From positions 132,124 through 196,123 of the forward strand of contig CAXBFN010000006.1 of assembly GCA_963975275.1 (NCBI GenBank): a stretch of 64,000 nucleotides of DNA. The letters run 5' to 3'. The DNA is from an uncultured Erythrobacter sp. GTDB lineage: Bacteria > Pseudomonadota > Alphaproteobacteria > Sphingomonadales > Sphingomonadaceae. Position numbers and translations under genes: made by a program. How positions within the stretch are numbered: the stretch's first letter is position 1; each line of letters begins with the position of its first letter. The notes under the pieces were generated by a model that ran no database searches, was not told the origin of the DNA, and saw nothing but the letters and a program-made list of their open reading frames with translations. Below, one piece after another: positions 39,623 through 49,381 of this stretch.

Positions 39623-39735
39623 AGGACAAACCGCCCCGCGGCGGGACAGCGCCGCTTCGGGGCTTTTGCCGGGGAACCCCGGAGGTGATAAACCTTTCCT
39701 CAACCATCCACCCGGATTCGCGAAAGGTTTTCTCC

Positions 39736-40635
39736 ATGGCAGCTCGTTTCCTCGCCGGCACGGCAGCTCTGGGGCTCGCGGCGCTGACCGCATCGCCCGC
39801 GCTCGCGCAGCAGATCTATTACGAGGACGGGGACTATCTCTACGCGGTCCCGGCCCCGGTGACGGCGCAGGATGCAGTGGTCAGCCAGCCGGTCGAAGCG
39901 CCCAGGGTGATCTACCAGGATGGAGTGGCCTATGAGCGGATCGACAATCGACCCACCGCGCAGCGGGTAATCCCGGCGCGCGGTGCTCCCGCGCTGGAGG
40001 CGCCGGACAGGATCATCCTTCCCCCTCCGCGGGCGAGCTATGGCTACGCCGAGGCCAGGCCGGTGGTTTATGTGACTTCTCCGCAGGTCCAGCCGACCTA
40101 CAGCGTCGCTGCGCGCTCGATCCCCGCCAATCGCTACGGCTATGCTCCCGCTCCGCAGCAATATTATGGCTATGCCACTGCGCCGCAGCAGTCCGGGTTC
40201 CTTCCTGGCGGCGGGCAATTGGTCGCCTTCGATCGCAATGCCTGGCTCGAGGAGTGCAGCAGGAGGCTGAGCACCTACGAGGACAGCGACCGGGGCCAGG
40301 TTCTGGGCGGCCTGCTCGGCGCGGCGGCCGGCGGGCTGATCGGCAACCGGGTCGCCGGCTCCGGCGATCGCCTGGGAGGCACGTTGATCGGGGCTGGGAC
40401 AGGCGCGCTGGCGGGGCTCGCAGTGGGCGATGCCATCGACGACCGCAACGATGCGCGCAGCGCTCGCAGCGGCTACGACGAATGCCGCGTCTATCTCGAC
40501 GATTACATCAACCGCGCGAGCAACAACCCGGCCCCGATGACGACCGTTCCGGGGCAGCAATATATGCTTGTCCCCGTTTCGGTACCGGTGACGCAGCAGC
40601 CGACCTATCGCGAATACGTCGTTTCGCAGCCGTAA
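39736..40635 (+). CDS. secreted Tyr/Pro/Gln-rich protein with C-terminal glycine-zipper domain
   Basis: Internal ATG at 39736. Signal peptide ending ALAQQ, YGYA repeats, and the glycine zipper GGLLGAAAGGLIGNRVAGSGDRLGGTLIGAGTGALAGLAVG flanked by two Cys residues. Confidence 0.65.
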   Translation: MAARFLAGTAALGLAALTASPALAQQIYYEDGDYLYAVPAPVTAQDAVVSQPVEAPRVIYQDGVAYERIDNRPTAQRVIPARGAPALEAPDRIILPPPRASYGYAEARPVVYVTSPQVQPTYSVAARSIPANRYGYAPAPQQYYGYATAPQQSGFLPGGGQLVAFDRNAWLEECSRRLSTYEDSDRGQVLGGLLGAAAGGLIGNRVAGSGDRLGGTLIGAGTGALAGLAVGDAIDDRNDARSARSGYDECRVYLDDYINRASNNPAPMTTVPGQQYMLVPVSVPVTQQPTYREYVVSQP

Positions 40636-40724
40636 TTGGCGCGGGAAACGCGTGCGACAACCCGGCAACGCCGGTTGCGCCGCGCGACTTCCCGTTAGGT
40701 CGAGACTTTAAGCGCCTGCGATTC

Positions 40725-41699
40725 CTAGATTTCTCCGCCGGTCAGACGCTGGCACAGCAGATCGAGCTGGTCGAGGCTGCGGAAACGGATCGAGACCGCC
40801 CCCTTTGAGCTGTCGCTTTCCGAGGTGATCCGCACCGGCATGCCGAGAAACTCCTCGAGGTGATTCTGCACCGCAACGATATCGGCGTTGGTCGACGGTC
40901 CATCGCCGGCGCGCGGCTTGGCCGCCCGTCCATCGGTTTTGGGCTCGCCGGTTTGGCGCGCCAGCTTCTCGACCTCGCGCACCGAGAGCTTGTCCTTCAC
41001 CGCGCGATGCGCGAGCGCCACGGCATCCTCGTGACCGATCAGCGCGCGGGCGTGCCCCATCGACAGCGCGCTTTCGGCCAGCAAGGCCAGAATTTCGTCC
41101 GGAAGGGCGAGCAGACGCTGCATGTTCGCGACATGGCTGCGCGATTTGTCGACCATCTCGGCGATCTCGGCCTGAGTCATCTCCTCCTCTTCGGAGAGAC
41201 GATGATAGGCGCGCGCCTCCTCGACCGGATTGAGGTCCTCGCGCTGGAGGTTCTCGATCAGCGCCAGCGCCATCACTTCGCGATCGTCGAGCGGACGAAT
41301 AATGGCGGGAATATCGTGCAGCCGCGCCTTCTGCGCCGCGCGCCAGCGACGCTCGCCGGCGACGAGCTGATAGGTCCCGTCGCCCTTGGGCCGCACGATG
41401 ATCGGCTGGATCACGCCGCGTGCGGCAATCGAGGCGGCCAGTTCGCTCAGCGCCGCCTCGTCGAAATGCGTCCGCGGCTGGCCGGGAAGCGGAGAGATCG
41501 ACGCAATCGGGAGGTTTCGCAGCCCGTTAGCCGTGGAATCTGCGCTCGATCGCTCCGGCGCTTCGTTCGATCCCCCATCCTCTTCGCGCCGAACCACCGG
41601 CGCTTCGCGCTGAACCTCGCCCATCAGGGCGCCGAGGCCCCTACCCAGCTTGCGCTTGCGCGCCGCGCCCTTGGTGGCCGCTTCGGTCCCGTCGCTCAT
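40725..41699 (-). CDS. parB: chromosome partitioning protein ParB
   Basis: ATG 41699 overlaps the parA stop (ATGA). Has KLGRGLGALM, the GERRWRAA box and an HTH region. Confidence 0.95.
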   Translation of the reverse strand: MSDGTEAATKGAARKRKLGRGLGALMGEVQREAPVVRREEDGGSNEAPERSSADSTANGLRNLPIASISPLPGQPRTHFDEAALSELAASIAARGVIQPIIVRPKGDGTYQLVAGERRWRAAQKARLHDIPAIIRPLDDREVMALALIENLQREDLNPVEEARAYHRLSEEEEMTQAEIAEMVDKSRSHVANMQRLLALPDEILALLAESALSMGHARALIGHEDAVALAHRAVKDKLSVREVEKLARQTGEPKTDGRAAKPRAGDGPSTNADIVAVQNHLEEFLGMPVRITSESDSSKGAVSIRFRSLDQLDLLCQRLTGGEI

Positions 41700-42487
41700 G
41701 CGGCTTTCCTCTTCTCGGGCAAGCGCCCGATCAATTCGCGGGCGAGCGCGATATAGGCGCGGCTGCCGACGCATTGGTGATCATAGACCAGCGCCGGCAT
41801 CCCGTGGCTGGGAGCCTCGGACAGCCGGACATTGCGCGGAATGACCGATTCGAACACCAGCGGCCCCAGGCAATCGCGGACATCGTCGGCGACCTGGTCG
41901 GTCAGCCGGTTGCGGCGGTCGAACATCGTCAGCACCACGCCGACGATCCCGAGATCGGGGTTGAAGCGCTGCTGCACGCGCTCGACCGTCTGCAACAACT
42001 GGCTCAGCCCCTCGAGCGCAAAGAATTCGCACTGCAAGGGGACCATCATCGTATCCGCAGCGCTCATTGCGTTGAGAGTCAGCAGACCAAGCGAGGGCGG
42101 GCAGTCGATAAAACAGATGTCGTAGGAGGAGAACCCGCCCGGCCCCTTGTGTGCAAGCGCGCGGCGCAACCGCGCGGTCCGGTCCTCGACCTGGACCAAT
42201 TCGATCTCCGCGCCGGACAAGTCCTGCGTCGCGGCGACGATGTCGAGCCCGGGAATGTCGGTTTCCTGCGCGCATTGGTCGAGCGTCGCTTCCTCCAGCA
42301 GCAGGTCGTAGCTGGTGTATTCGCGGTGCGCATTGTCGATCCCGAGGCCGGTCGAGGCGTTGCCCTGCGGATCGAGATCGATCAAAAGCGTTTTCCAGCC
42401 GGTCGCGGCCATCGCGGTGGCGATGTTGATGGCGGTGGTGGTCTTACCCACCCCGCCCTTCTGGTTGGCGATCGCAATCGTGATCAT
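41696..42487 (-). CDS. parA: chromosome partitioning ATPase ParA
   Basis: ATG 42487. [23 protein letters not shown] (deviant Walker A), followed by LLIDLDPQGNAS. Confidence 0.95.
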   Translation of the reverse strand: MITIAIANQKGGVGKTTTAINIATAMAATGWKTLLIDLDPQGNASTGLGIDNAHREYTSYDLLLEEATLDQCAQETDIPGLDIVAATQDLSGAEIELVQVEDRTARLRRALAHKGPGGFSSYDICFIDCPPSLGLLTLNAMSAADTMMVPLQCEFFALEGLSQLLQTVERVQQRFNPDLGIVGVVLTMFDRRNRLTDQVADDVRDCLGPLVFESVIPRNVRLSEAPSHGMPALVYDHQCVGSRAYIALARELIGRLPEKRKAA

Positions 42488-43116
42488 CGCTTCAGCTCCA
42501 CTTGGCCCTTCCCCACCACGATACCGGCATCGGAATCGGTCTGCGACTGTTCCACGTGGAACATCGGCCGCAGCGGCTTGGGAAGGCTTTCGACGTCTTG
42601 CGCCGCCGACCGGCCCTTGGGCAACAACCAAATGGTGTCGCTTGTGGAGAAGCGCGCCGAGAGCTCGAGCAATCGGGGCATCGGCGCGAAGGCGCGAGCG
42701 CTGATCACCGAGGCGCCGAAACTCTCGACGAGTTCGAGGCGCCTGCCCTCCACCTTGCAGCGCCCCAATTCGAAACTGTCGACGATACCTTGCAGCCATT
42801 CGATCCTGCGGTTGCGTGATTCGACGAGGCGGACGGTCCAGTCTGGGCGCATGATGGCGATAATCAGGCCGGGGAACCCGGCGCCCGTGCCGAGATCGAG
42901 CCACGAACCGGGTGTTTCACGTGGAACATGATCGAGCAACTGGGCCGAATCGGCCAGATGTCTCGTCCAGACCGATTCCTCGCTGGCTTTGGCGATCAGG
43001 TTTTGCCGTCCGTTCTCCTGCGCGAGCAAGTCGACGAGCCGCTCGAGCTTGCAGAGTGCATCACCATCGCAGCGTTCGGCGACGAAGTCTCTCGCATCGG
43101 CCTCGCTTGCGATCAC
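42484..43116 (-). CDS. rsmG: 16S rRNA (guanine527-N7)-methyltransferase
   Basis: [19 protein letters not shown] motif. Lies in the conserved mnmG-rsmG-parAB order. Confidence 0.9.
   Translation of the reverse strand: MIASEADARDFVAERCDGDALCKLERLVDLLAQENGRQNLIAKASEESVWTRHLADSAQLLDHVPRETPGSWLDLGTGAGFPGLIIAIMRPDWTVRLVESRNRRIEWLQGIVDSFELGRCKVEGRRLELVESFGASVISARAFAPMPRLLELSARFSTSDTIWLLPKGRSAAQDVESLPKPLRPMFHVEQSQTDSDAGIVVGKGQVELKR
42548..42563. promoter_or_regulatory. parS site (TGTTCCACGTGGAACA, perfect palindrome)
   Basis: Fits the 16-mer TGTTNCACGTGNAACA. Lies in the 3' part of rsmG, about 60 nt upstream of the parA start. Confidence 0.85.
42913..42928. promoter_or_regulatory. parS site (TGTTTCACGTGGAACA)
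   Basis: Fits the 16-mer TGTTNCACGTGNAACA. Lies inside the rsmG coding sequence. Confidence 0.85.
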
Positions 43117-44969
43117 AGGTCGGCGCTCACCAGCTTGCGGGCGTGCACTAGCACCGCGGCGAGCGCGGCCGGAGTGATTCCCGAGATCCTTGACGCGGAG
43201 CCCAAGGTCGCGGGCTTGGCCTTCTCCAGACGTTCGATCATTTCATTCGAGAGTCCGGGCACTTGTCCATAGGGGAAACCAGCGGGAAGGCGGAGGGACT
43301 CGCTTGCACGAAGGTCGCGCAATTCACCTTCCTGGCGGACAAGATAGGGGGCATATTGCGCATCCTCTACCATCTCGGTGGCAAGATCCTCGTTCCACGT
43401 GAAACCCTCTGGCGCCAGCGCTTCCAATCCTCCGCGAGCCACAATCCCTCCCTGGACCCACTCACCCAGCGTCCGAGGAGCGGCATCGGGCTTCACCGCG
43501 ATTCCCTTTTTGGCGAGATCTTTCGGCCCCAGCGTCTTGCCCAGAAGGGCGTTCCAATCCTTTCGTTCGCTCTCTCTCCGGGTGAACCATTCGGCCCGGT
43601 GGTTGCCGATGCAACCGCTTTCGAGGCCAAGCGGCGTCAGCCGCGAGGGAGCGTTCCCGGCGCGCAGTCGTAACCGGTATTCGGCCCGCGAAGTAAGCAT
43701 GCGATAGGGCTCGCTGACTCCCTGCAGGACCAGATCGTCGACCATCACCGCCATGTAGGAATTCGCGCGATCGAGCGCGGGCGCGTTGCGGCCCAGAGCT
43801 TCGGCCGCGGCATGCATCCCCGCCATGAGCCCCTGCGCCCCAGCCTCTTCATAGCCGGTGGTGCCGTTGAGCTGGCCGGCGCAATAGAGCCCAGGAATTG
43901 CCTTGAGCTGCAGATCGGATCCCAGCGCGCGCGGATCGATATGGTCGTATTCGACCGCATAGCCCGGCACCACCATCTCGACCCGTTCCAGACCCGCCAT
44001 GCTCCGCAGCATGGCCAGTTGAACATCCTCGGGAAGCGAGGTGCTGATGCCATTGGGATAGACCATGGTGCTGCCCAGCCCTTCGGGCTCGAGGAACACC
44101 TGATGCCCGTCGCGATCGGCGAAGCGATGGATCTTGTCCTCGATCGAGGGGCAATAGCGCGGCCCCTGCGCTCCGATCGCGCCCGAGAACAGCGGCGAAC
44201 GATGGAGGTTCGCCGCGATGATTTCGTGGCTGCGCGCATTGGTGCGCGTGATGGCGCAGAATATCTGCGGATTGATACGCGCCGGCGTGAGCGGCGACAT
44301 CGTCCACTCCTCGCCATCCGAAGGCTGCTCCTCAAGCTGCGACCAGTCCACCGTGCGACCGTCAAGGCGCGGCGGCGTGCCGGTCTTGAGCCGTGCCATC
44401 GGAAGCTCGGCTTCGCGCAATTGTTCGGCCAGGCGCCGCGCCGCGGCTTCTCCGACGCGGCCGCCCTCTTGCCGCACATCACCGCGATAGAGAATGCCGC
44501 CGAGGAAGGTGCCCGTGCAGAGGATCACGCGCTCGGCGGCCAACGTGGAACCATCGGCCAGGTCTATGCCGACCACTCGTCCGCCGCTTAGCCGCAGAGC
44601 CGCTACTTCGCCCGCGATTAGCTCAATGTCGCCCTGCGCCGGAAGCATCCGCTGGATCGCCGCGCGGAACAGCACCCGGTCGGCCTGCACCCGCGGACCC
44701 CAGACCGCGCTGCCCTTCGAGCGATTGAGCATGCGGTAATGGATCGCCGCGGCGTCCGCCGCGCGCGCCATCAGCCCGTCGAGCGCATCGATCTCGCGGA
44801 CCAGATGGCCCTTGCCGATCCCGCCGATTGCGGGATTGCAGCTCATCGCCCCGATCGTCGCGAGATCGAAAGTGACCAGGGCGACGCGCGCGCCCATCCG
44901 CGCAGCGACCGCCGCCGCTTCGACCCCGGCATGTCCGCCGCCCACCACGATGATATCGAATTGCGCCAT
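43113..44969 (-). CDS. mnmG: tRNA uridine-5-carboxymethylaminomethyl synthesis enzyme MnmG
   Basis: [22 protein letters not shown] motif. 618 aa, GidA family throughout. Confidence 0.95.
   Translation of the reverse strand: MAQFDIIVVGGGHAGVEAAAVAARMGARVALVTFDLATIGAMSCNPAIGGIGKGHLVREIDALDGLMARAADAAAIHYRMLNRSKGSAVWGPRVQADRVLFRAAIQRMLPAQGDIELIAGEVAALRLSGGRVVGIDLADGSTLAAERVILCTGTFLGGILYRGDVRQEGGRVGEAAARRLAEQLREAELPMARLKTGTPPRLDGRTVDWSQLEEQPSDGEEWTMSPLTPARINPQIFCAITRTNARSHEIIAANLHRSPLFSGAIGAQGPRYCPSIEDKIHRFADRDGHQVFLEPEGLGSTMVYPNGISTSLPEDVQLAMLRSMAGLERVEMVVPGYAVEYDHIDPRALGSDLQLKAIPGLYCAGQLNGTTGYEEAGAQGLMAGMHAAAEALGRNAPALDRANSYMAVMVDDLVLQGVSEPYRMLTSRAEYRLRLRAGNAPSRLTPLGLESGCIGNHRAEWFTRRESERKDWNALLGKTLGPKDLAKKGIAVKPDAAPRTLGEWVQGGIVARGGLEALAPEGFTWNEDLATEMVEDAQYAPYLVRQEGELRDLRASESLRLPAGFPYGQVPGLSNEMIERLEKAKPATLGSASRISGITPAALAAVLVHARKLVSADL
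43391..43406. promoter_or_regulatory. degenerate parS-like site (CGTTCCACGTGAAACC)
   Basis: The inner 14 nt match parS and only the two outermost positions differ. Lies in the 3' part of mnmG. Confidence 0.6.
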
Positions 44970-45012
44970 CGGCTGGCGGATTAGTCGAGCAAAAGCCTCA
45001 GGTCAAAGCGCG

Positions 45013-45028
45013 TGTTTCACGTGAAACA
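45013..45028. promoter_or_regulatory. parS centromere site (TGTTTCACGTGAAACA, perfect palindrome)
   Basis: Exact 16-mer match to the consensus parS, in the 59-nt mnmG/mnmE intergenic gap. Confidence 0.9.
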
Positions 45029-46309
45029 TCACTTGCCGATGCAGAACCGCCCGAACAGCGCGTCGAGCATGTCCTCGGTCGATGCTCGGCCGAGCAGCCG
45101 ATCGAACGCGACCCGCGCCTGCCGCAGGTTCTCGCCGATGATCAGCAGGTCGGTGCCCGGTGCGATCGCTCCCAGCGCCGTCGCCGCCTCGCCCACCCGC
45201 TCGCGTTGCTGCGCATTGAGCGCCGCAGCACCCGGCTTGGGGAGCAGCCGCCGCGCGCGGGCGATCAGATCCTCTTCGAGTTCCGCCAGCCCCGCTCCGG
45301 TTACAGCCGAAACTACATGGCCGGGCGCCTGCTTGCCCGGTGTCCCGACTTCGTCGGCGCGCGACTGGATCTCCAGCGCACCCGCCGGTCCCTTCCCCTC
45401 TTCGCCCAGCCACAACACGATATCGGCCCGCTCGAGCTGCACGCGCGCGCGGTCCATGCCGATCGCCTCGATCGTATCGCCGCCGGCCTCGTGCAGCCCC
45501 GCGGTATCGACCAGCAGGAAGGGGACCCCGCCGAACGCCACCGGCCGCTCGATAACGTCGCGGGTGGTCCCGGCGACCGGCGAGGTGATAGCCGCTGCAT
45601 CGCGGACCAAAGCGTTGAAAAGCGTCGATTTCCCGGTATTCGGTGGCCCCGCAAGGACCACCCTGACGCCGTCGCGCAGCCGTTCGACTCCCGGGCGCGC
45701 GAGCCACTCGCCCATTCTGTCCGCCAGCGCAGAGACATCGCCGTAGAAGCTCTCGGGCAAATCCCCGACATCGTCCTCGTCGGCGAAGTCCAGACTGGCC
45801 TCGACCTGTGCGCCAAAATGGAGAACCGCAGCGCGCCAGCTTTCGACCTGCCCCGAGATCGCGCCGCCCAGCGCTGCCTGCGCCGAACGGCGCTGCAATT
45901 CGGTTTCAGCCGCAAGCAGATCAGCCAGGCCCTCGGCTTCGGCGAGATCGATGCGTCCATTGGAAAAGGCGCGGCGGGTGAACTCGCCAGGCTCGGCCTT
46001 GCGCAAGCCCTCGAGCTTGCCCAACTCGCGCTCCACCGCAGCGAGCACCGCCCTGCCCCCATGACAGTGAAACTCGGCGAGATCCTCGCCGGTGGCGGTC
46101 GCAGCGCCGGGAAACCACAGCACCAGCGCGCGGTCGAGCACTTCGCCCTCGGTATCGCGCAAAGCCCGCAGGCTCGCCTGGCGCGGCGCGGGAAGCCGTC
46201 CTGCCAGCGCTTCGACCGCAGCGGCGGCAAAAGCCCCGCTAACCCGGATGATCCCGATCGCAGCCGGCGGCGCGCCGCTCGAGACGGCGAAGATAGTATC
46301 GCTGGGCAA
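45029..46309 (-). CDS. mnmE: tRNA modification GTPase MnmE
   Basis: TTG at 46309 gives (M)PSDTIFAVSSGAPPAAIGIIRVSG. G-domain GPPNTGKSTLFN, DTAG, and a C-terminal CIGK. The track ORF extends to 46567 across the stop of the upstream gene. Confidence 0.9.
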   Translation of the reverse strand: MPSDTIFAVSSGAPPAAIGIIRVSGAFAAAAVEALAGRLPAPRQASLRALRDTEGEVLDRALVLWFPGAATATGEDLAEFHCHGGRAVLAAVERELGKLEGLRKAEPGEFTRRAFSNGRIDLAEAEGLADLLAAETELQRRSAQAALGGAISGQVESWRAAVLHFGAQVEASLDFADEDDVGDLPESFYGDVSALADRMGEWLARPGVERLRDGVRVVLAGPPNTGKSTLFNALVRDAAAITSPVAGTTRDVIERPVAFGGVPFLLVDTAGLHEAGGDTIEAIGMDRARVQLERADIVLWLGEEGKGPAGALEIQSRADEVGTPGKQAPGHVVSAVTGAGLAELEEDLIARARRLLPKPGAAALNAQQRERVGEAATALGAIAPGTDLLIIGENLRQARVAFDRLLGRASTEDMLDALFGRFCIGK

Positions 46310-46323
46310 GCGGTCCGCCGCGT

Positions 46324-46590
46324 CTAGGTCTTGGATTCGTCCGAGCCCGGCTTGGCCGAGGGCTTGTTCGCGTTCGCCCCCTCCATGAAGCTCTGGAACA
46401 GCTTGAACCCCGCCTGGCCCATCGGTGCCAGCTGGCGCGCGTATTCCTGCAGCTTGTCGGTGTCGGAAACGCCCTTCATCGCGCCCGCCATCATGTCGAC
46501 ATAGACCGCATTGGCCTTGCCGACATCGGGCAGCCCCATAAAGGCGCGCGCCTCTTCGGGCGTGCAATCGATTTCCACATGGACCTTCAT
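46324..46590 (-). CDS. small conserved hypothetical protein (DUF6489-like)
   Basis: ATG 46590 preceded by GGAGGAAG. MKVHVEIDCTPEEARAFMGLPDV... The family assignment is from memory and should be checked. Confidence 0.6.
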   Translation of the reverse strand: MKVHVEIDCTPEEARAFMGLPDVGKANAVYVDMMAGAMKGVSDTDKLQEYARQLAPMGQAGFKLFQSFMEGANANKPSAKPGSDESKT

Positions 46591-46685
46591 CGGGCTTCCT
46601 CCGTTAGTTCTTGTGCAGCCTATCTGGGTCTGCAAAGCGCGCGAGACAAGCGCACAGCGAAATTCCCCCGAAGGAGAGAAGACCG

Positions 46686-47384
46686 ATGAGCGAGACCGTT
46701 TCGATTGCGACCCTGGCCGGCGACGACAGCTTCAAGGCCTATGTCGCCCGCCCCGCAGATCCGCCCAAGGCCGCGATCGTGGTGATCCAGGAGATTTTCG
46801 GGATCAACGCCGGCATCCGCCGCAAATGCGATCGGCTGGCCGAGGAAGGCTACCTGGCGGCCGCGCCCGATCTGTTCTGGCGGCTTGAGCGCGGGATCGA
46901 ACTCGACCCCGATGTCGAACCCGAGTTCCAGCGCGCGCTCGAACTGATGGGCGATTTCGACCAGGATCAGGGCATCCGCGACATCGAGGCTGCGATCAGC
47001 TGGGCGCGCAAGGAAAGCGGCGGCAAGAAGGTCGGCTGCGTCGGTTACTGTCTGGGCGGAAGGCTCGCCTATATGACCGCTGCGCGCACCGACGTGGATG
47101 CCAGCGTGGGCTATTATGGTGTCGGCATCGACGGTCTGCTGCGCGAGAAGCAAGCCATCGCCCATCCGCTGCTGCTGCATATCCCGACCGAGGACGGCTT
47201 CGTCGACAAGGACACGCAGAAGGCGATGCACGAAGGTCTGGACGATCACCCCAAGGTGACGCTCTACGACTACGAAGGCCTTGATCACGGCTTCGCGACC
47301 GAATTCGGCAAGCGCCGTGCGGAGCAGGCAGCGCAACTGGCCGACAAGCGAACCGCGGAATTCTTCGAGGAGCATCTGCTCTAG
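46686..47384 (+). CDS. dienelactone hydrolase family protein
   Basis: Internal ATG at 46686. IVVIQEIFGIN, the nucleophile elbow GYCLGG, and a C-terminal DHGF. Confidence 0.85.
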   Translation: MSETVSIATLAGDDSFKAYVARPADPPKAAIVVIQEIFGINAGIRRKCDRLAEEGYLAAAPDLFWRLERGIELDPDVEPEFQRALELMGDFDQDQGIRDIEAAISWARKESGGKKVGCVGYCLGGRLAYMTAARTDVDASVGYYGVGIDGLLREKQAIAHPLLLHIPTEDGFVDKDTQKAMHEGLDDHPKVTLYDYEGLDHGFATEFGKRRAEQAAQLADKRTAEFFEEHLL

Positions 47385-47393
47385 GAGGCGGGT

Positions 47394-48983
47394 TTGGACC
47401 GGCTTCCTCTACGCTATGTCATCCCCGCGCTGCTGATCGCGCTGGTTGCGGCCGCCTGGCTCGTCCCGCCGCTGCACTGGGCGCTGTGGCTGCTCGTCCC
47501 GCTCACCGGGGTGGCGGTGTGGGATTTCTTCCAGCGCAAGCATACGCTGTGGCGCAATTATCCGCTGTTTGCGCGCATTCGCTGGTTGGCTGAGGATTTG
47601 CGCCCCTTCGCGCAGGCCTATTTCGTCGAAAGCGATCTGGAGGGGCGCCCCTTCAGCCACCAGGCGCGGGCGCTGGTCTATGCCCGGGCCAAGGGCGATC
47701 TCGATTCGCACCCAATGGGGACCGAACTCGACGTCTATTCCGAGGAGTACGAATGGCTGGGCCATTCGATCGTCCCGCGCGACGAAATTCCCGAATTCTG
47801 GAGCGTCGAGGTCGGTGCCGGCACCTGCTCGAAGCCCTATACCACCTCGCTGCTCAACATCTCCGCGATGAGCTTCGGTTCGCTCTCCGCCAGCGCGATC
47901 GAGGCACTCAACGCCGGCGCGGCGATGGGCGGCTTCGCTCACAACACCGGCGAAGGCAGCATCAGCCGCTATCATCGCAAGCCGGGCGGCGATCTGATCT
48001 GGGAGCTCGGCAGCGGCTATTTCGGCTGCCGCCATCCCGATGGCTCCTTCGATCCCGCCAAATTCCGCGACAATGCCGACACCGATCAGGTCAAGATGAT
48101 CGAAGTCAAGCTGAGCCAGGGTGCCAAGCCGGGCCACGGCGGCGTGCTGCCGGGCACCAAGGTCACCAAGGAGATCGCTGCGGCGCGCGGCGTGCCCGTG
48201 GGCGAGACGGTGGTCTCTCCCGCCGCCCATCCGGCTTTCTCCACCCCGATCGAGATGCTCCAATTCCTCACCGATCTGCGCGAACTTTCGGGCGGCAAAC
48301 CGGTCGGGATCAAGCTGTGCGTCGGCCAGCCCCACGAACTCTTCGCGATTGCCAAGGCGATGCTGGAAACCGGGATGCATCCCGATTTCATCACCGTCGA
48401 CGGGGCCGAGGGCGGAACCGGCGCCGCGCCGCTCGAGCTGAGCAATTCGGTCGGCATGCCGCTGCGCGAAGGACAAATCTTCGTGCGCAACATGCTGGTG
48501 GGGATCGGCATGCGCGACCGGGTCAGGATCGCGGCGGCGGGCAAGATTCACTCGGGCGCGCAGATGGCGAAATCCTTCGCGCTGGGCGCGGACTGGTGCA
48601 ACGCCGCGCGCCCCTTCATGTTCTCGCTGGGCTGCATCCAGTCGATGAACTGCCACACCGGCCATTGTCCGACCGGCGTCGCAACGCAGGAGGAATGGCG
48701 CCAGCGCGGGCTCGTGGTCGAGGAAAAGGCCCCGCGGGTGGCGCGTTTCCATCGCGCCACGCTCAAATCGCTGCGGGAAATCGTGGTCGCGATGGGGCTC
48801 GAAACACCTTGGGACATCAAGCCGCACGACATGCGCGAGCGGCTCAACGGTGCGCGGTCCGACGCGGTCGACCGGATCTACAGCTTCATCGAACCCGGCG
48901 CGCTGCTGCACGATGCCGATGCCACCCCATTGGCGCGTCATTGGCAGGCTGCGCGCGCCGACAGCTTCAGGAGAGTGGAATGA
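47394..48983 (+). CDS. FMN-binding glutamate synthase family protein (GltB domain-2-like) with N-terminal TM anchor
   Basis: ISAMSFGSLS, KLSQGAKPGHGGVLPG, TVDGAEGGTGAAP, GKIHSG. Confidence 0.85.
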   Translation: MDRLPLRYVIPALLIALVAAAWLVPPLHWALWLLVPLTGVAVWDFFQRKHTLWRNYPLFARIRWLAEDLRPFAQAYFVESDLEGRPFSHQARALVYARAKGDLDSHPMGTELDVYSEEYEWLGHSIVPRDEIPEFWSVEVGAGTCSKPYTTSLLNISAMSFGSLSASAIEALNAGAAMGGFAHNTGEGSISRYHRKPGGDLIWELGSGYFGCRHPDGSFDPAKFRDNADTDQVKMIEVKLSQGAKPGHGGVLPGTKVTKEIAAARGVPVGETVVSPAAHPAFSTPIEMLQFLTDLRELSGGKPVGIKLCVGQPHELFAIAKAMLETGMHPDFITVDGAEGGTGAAPLELSNSVGMPLREGQIFVRNMLVGIGMRDRVRIAAAGKIHSGAQMAKSFALGADWCNAARPFMFSLGCIQSMNCHTGHCPTGVATQEEWRQRGLVVEEKAPRVARFHRATLKSLREIVVAMGLETPWDIKPHDMRERLNGARSDAVDRIYSFIEPGALLHDADATPLARHWQAARADSFRRVE

Positions 48984-49381
48984 CGACGAAAGAGGGCCTC
49001 GCTCGCTGGCACAAGGTGATCGCCGACGGCAGCTCGACCGCCGACCTCGCGGCGATCATCCATCCCGACGCGGTGTTCCACTCACCCGTGGTGCACACGC
49101 CGCAGCGCGGCCGCGACCTGGTCGTCGCCTATCTCGCGGCGGCGGGCCAGACGCTGGGCAACGACAGTTTCCGCTATGTGCGCGAACTGGTCGACGGCGA
49201 GAACGCGATGCTAGAATTCACCACCGAGATGGAGGGGATCGTGGTCAACGGCGTCGATATCATCCGCTTCGGCGAAGACGGAATGATCCTGGATTTCAAG
49301 GTGATGGTCCGCCCGCTCAAGGCGGTGAACAAGGTCTGGGAAATGATGGCCGCGCAGCTGGAACGCAGCAAGGGCTCATAA
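48980..49381 (+). CDS. NTF2/SnoaL-like fold protein
   Basis: ATG 48980 overlaps the upstream stop (ATGA). 133 aa; the size and pattern (WHKVIADG...FHSPVVHTPQRGRD...) are consistent with a SnoaL-like fold. Confidence 0.7.
   Translation: MTTKEGLARWHKVIADGSSTADLAAIIHPDAVFHSPVVHTPQRGRDLVVAYLAAAGQTLGNDSFRYVRELVDGENAMLEFTTEMEGIVVNGVDIIRFGEDGMILDFKVMVRPLKAVNKVWEMMAAQLERSKGS

Noticed and set aside
40636-40724. Possible bidirectional terminator between the glycine-zipper gene and parB
   Set aside because: The candidate stems (GCGACAACCCGGC / GCCGGTTGCGC) need bulges, and there is no U-tract on either strand.
45012-45746. ORFs starting MFHVKH or MFHVEH (45012-45746, 42912-43151)
   Set aside because: These N-termini are simply translations of the parS palindrome. 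The ORFs are antisense to mnmE and rsmG.
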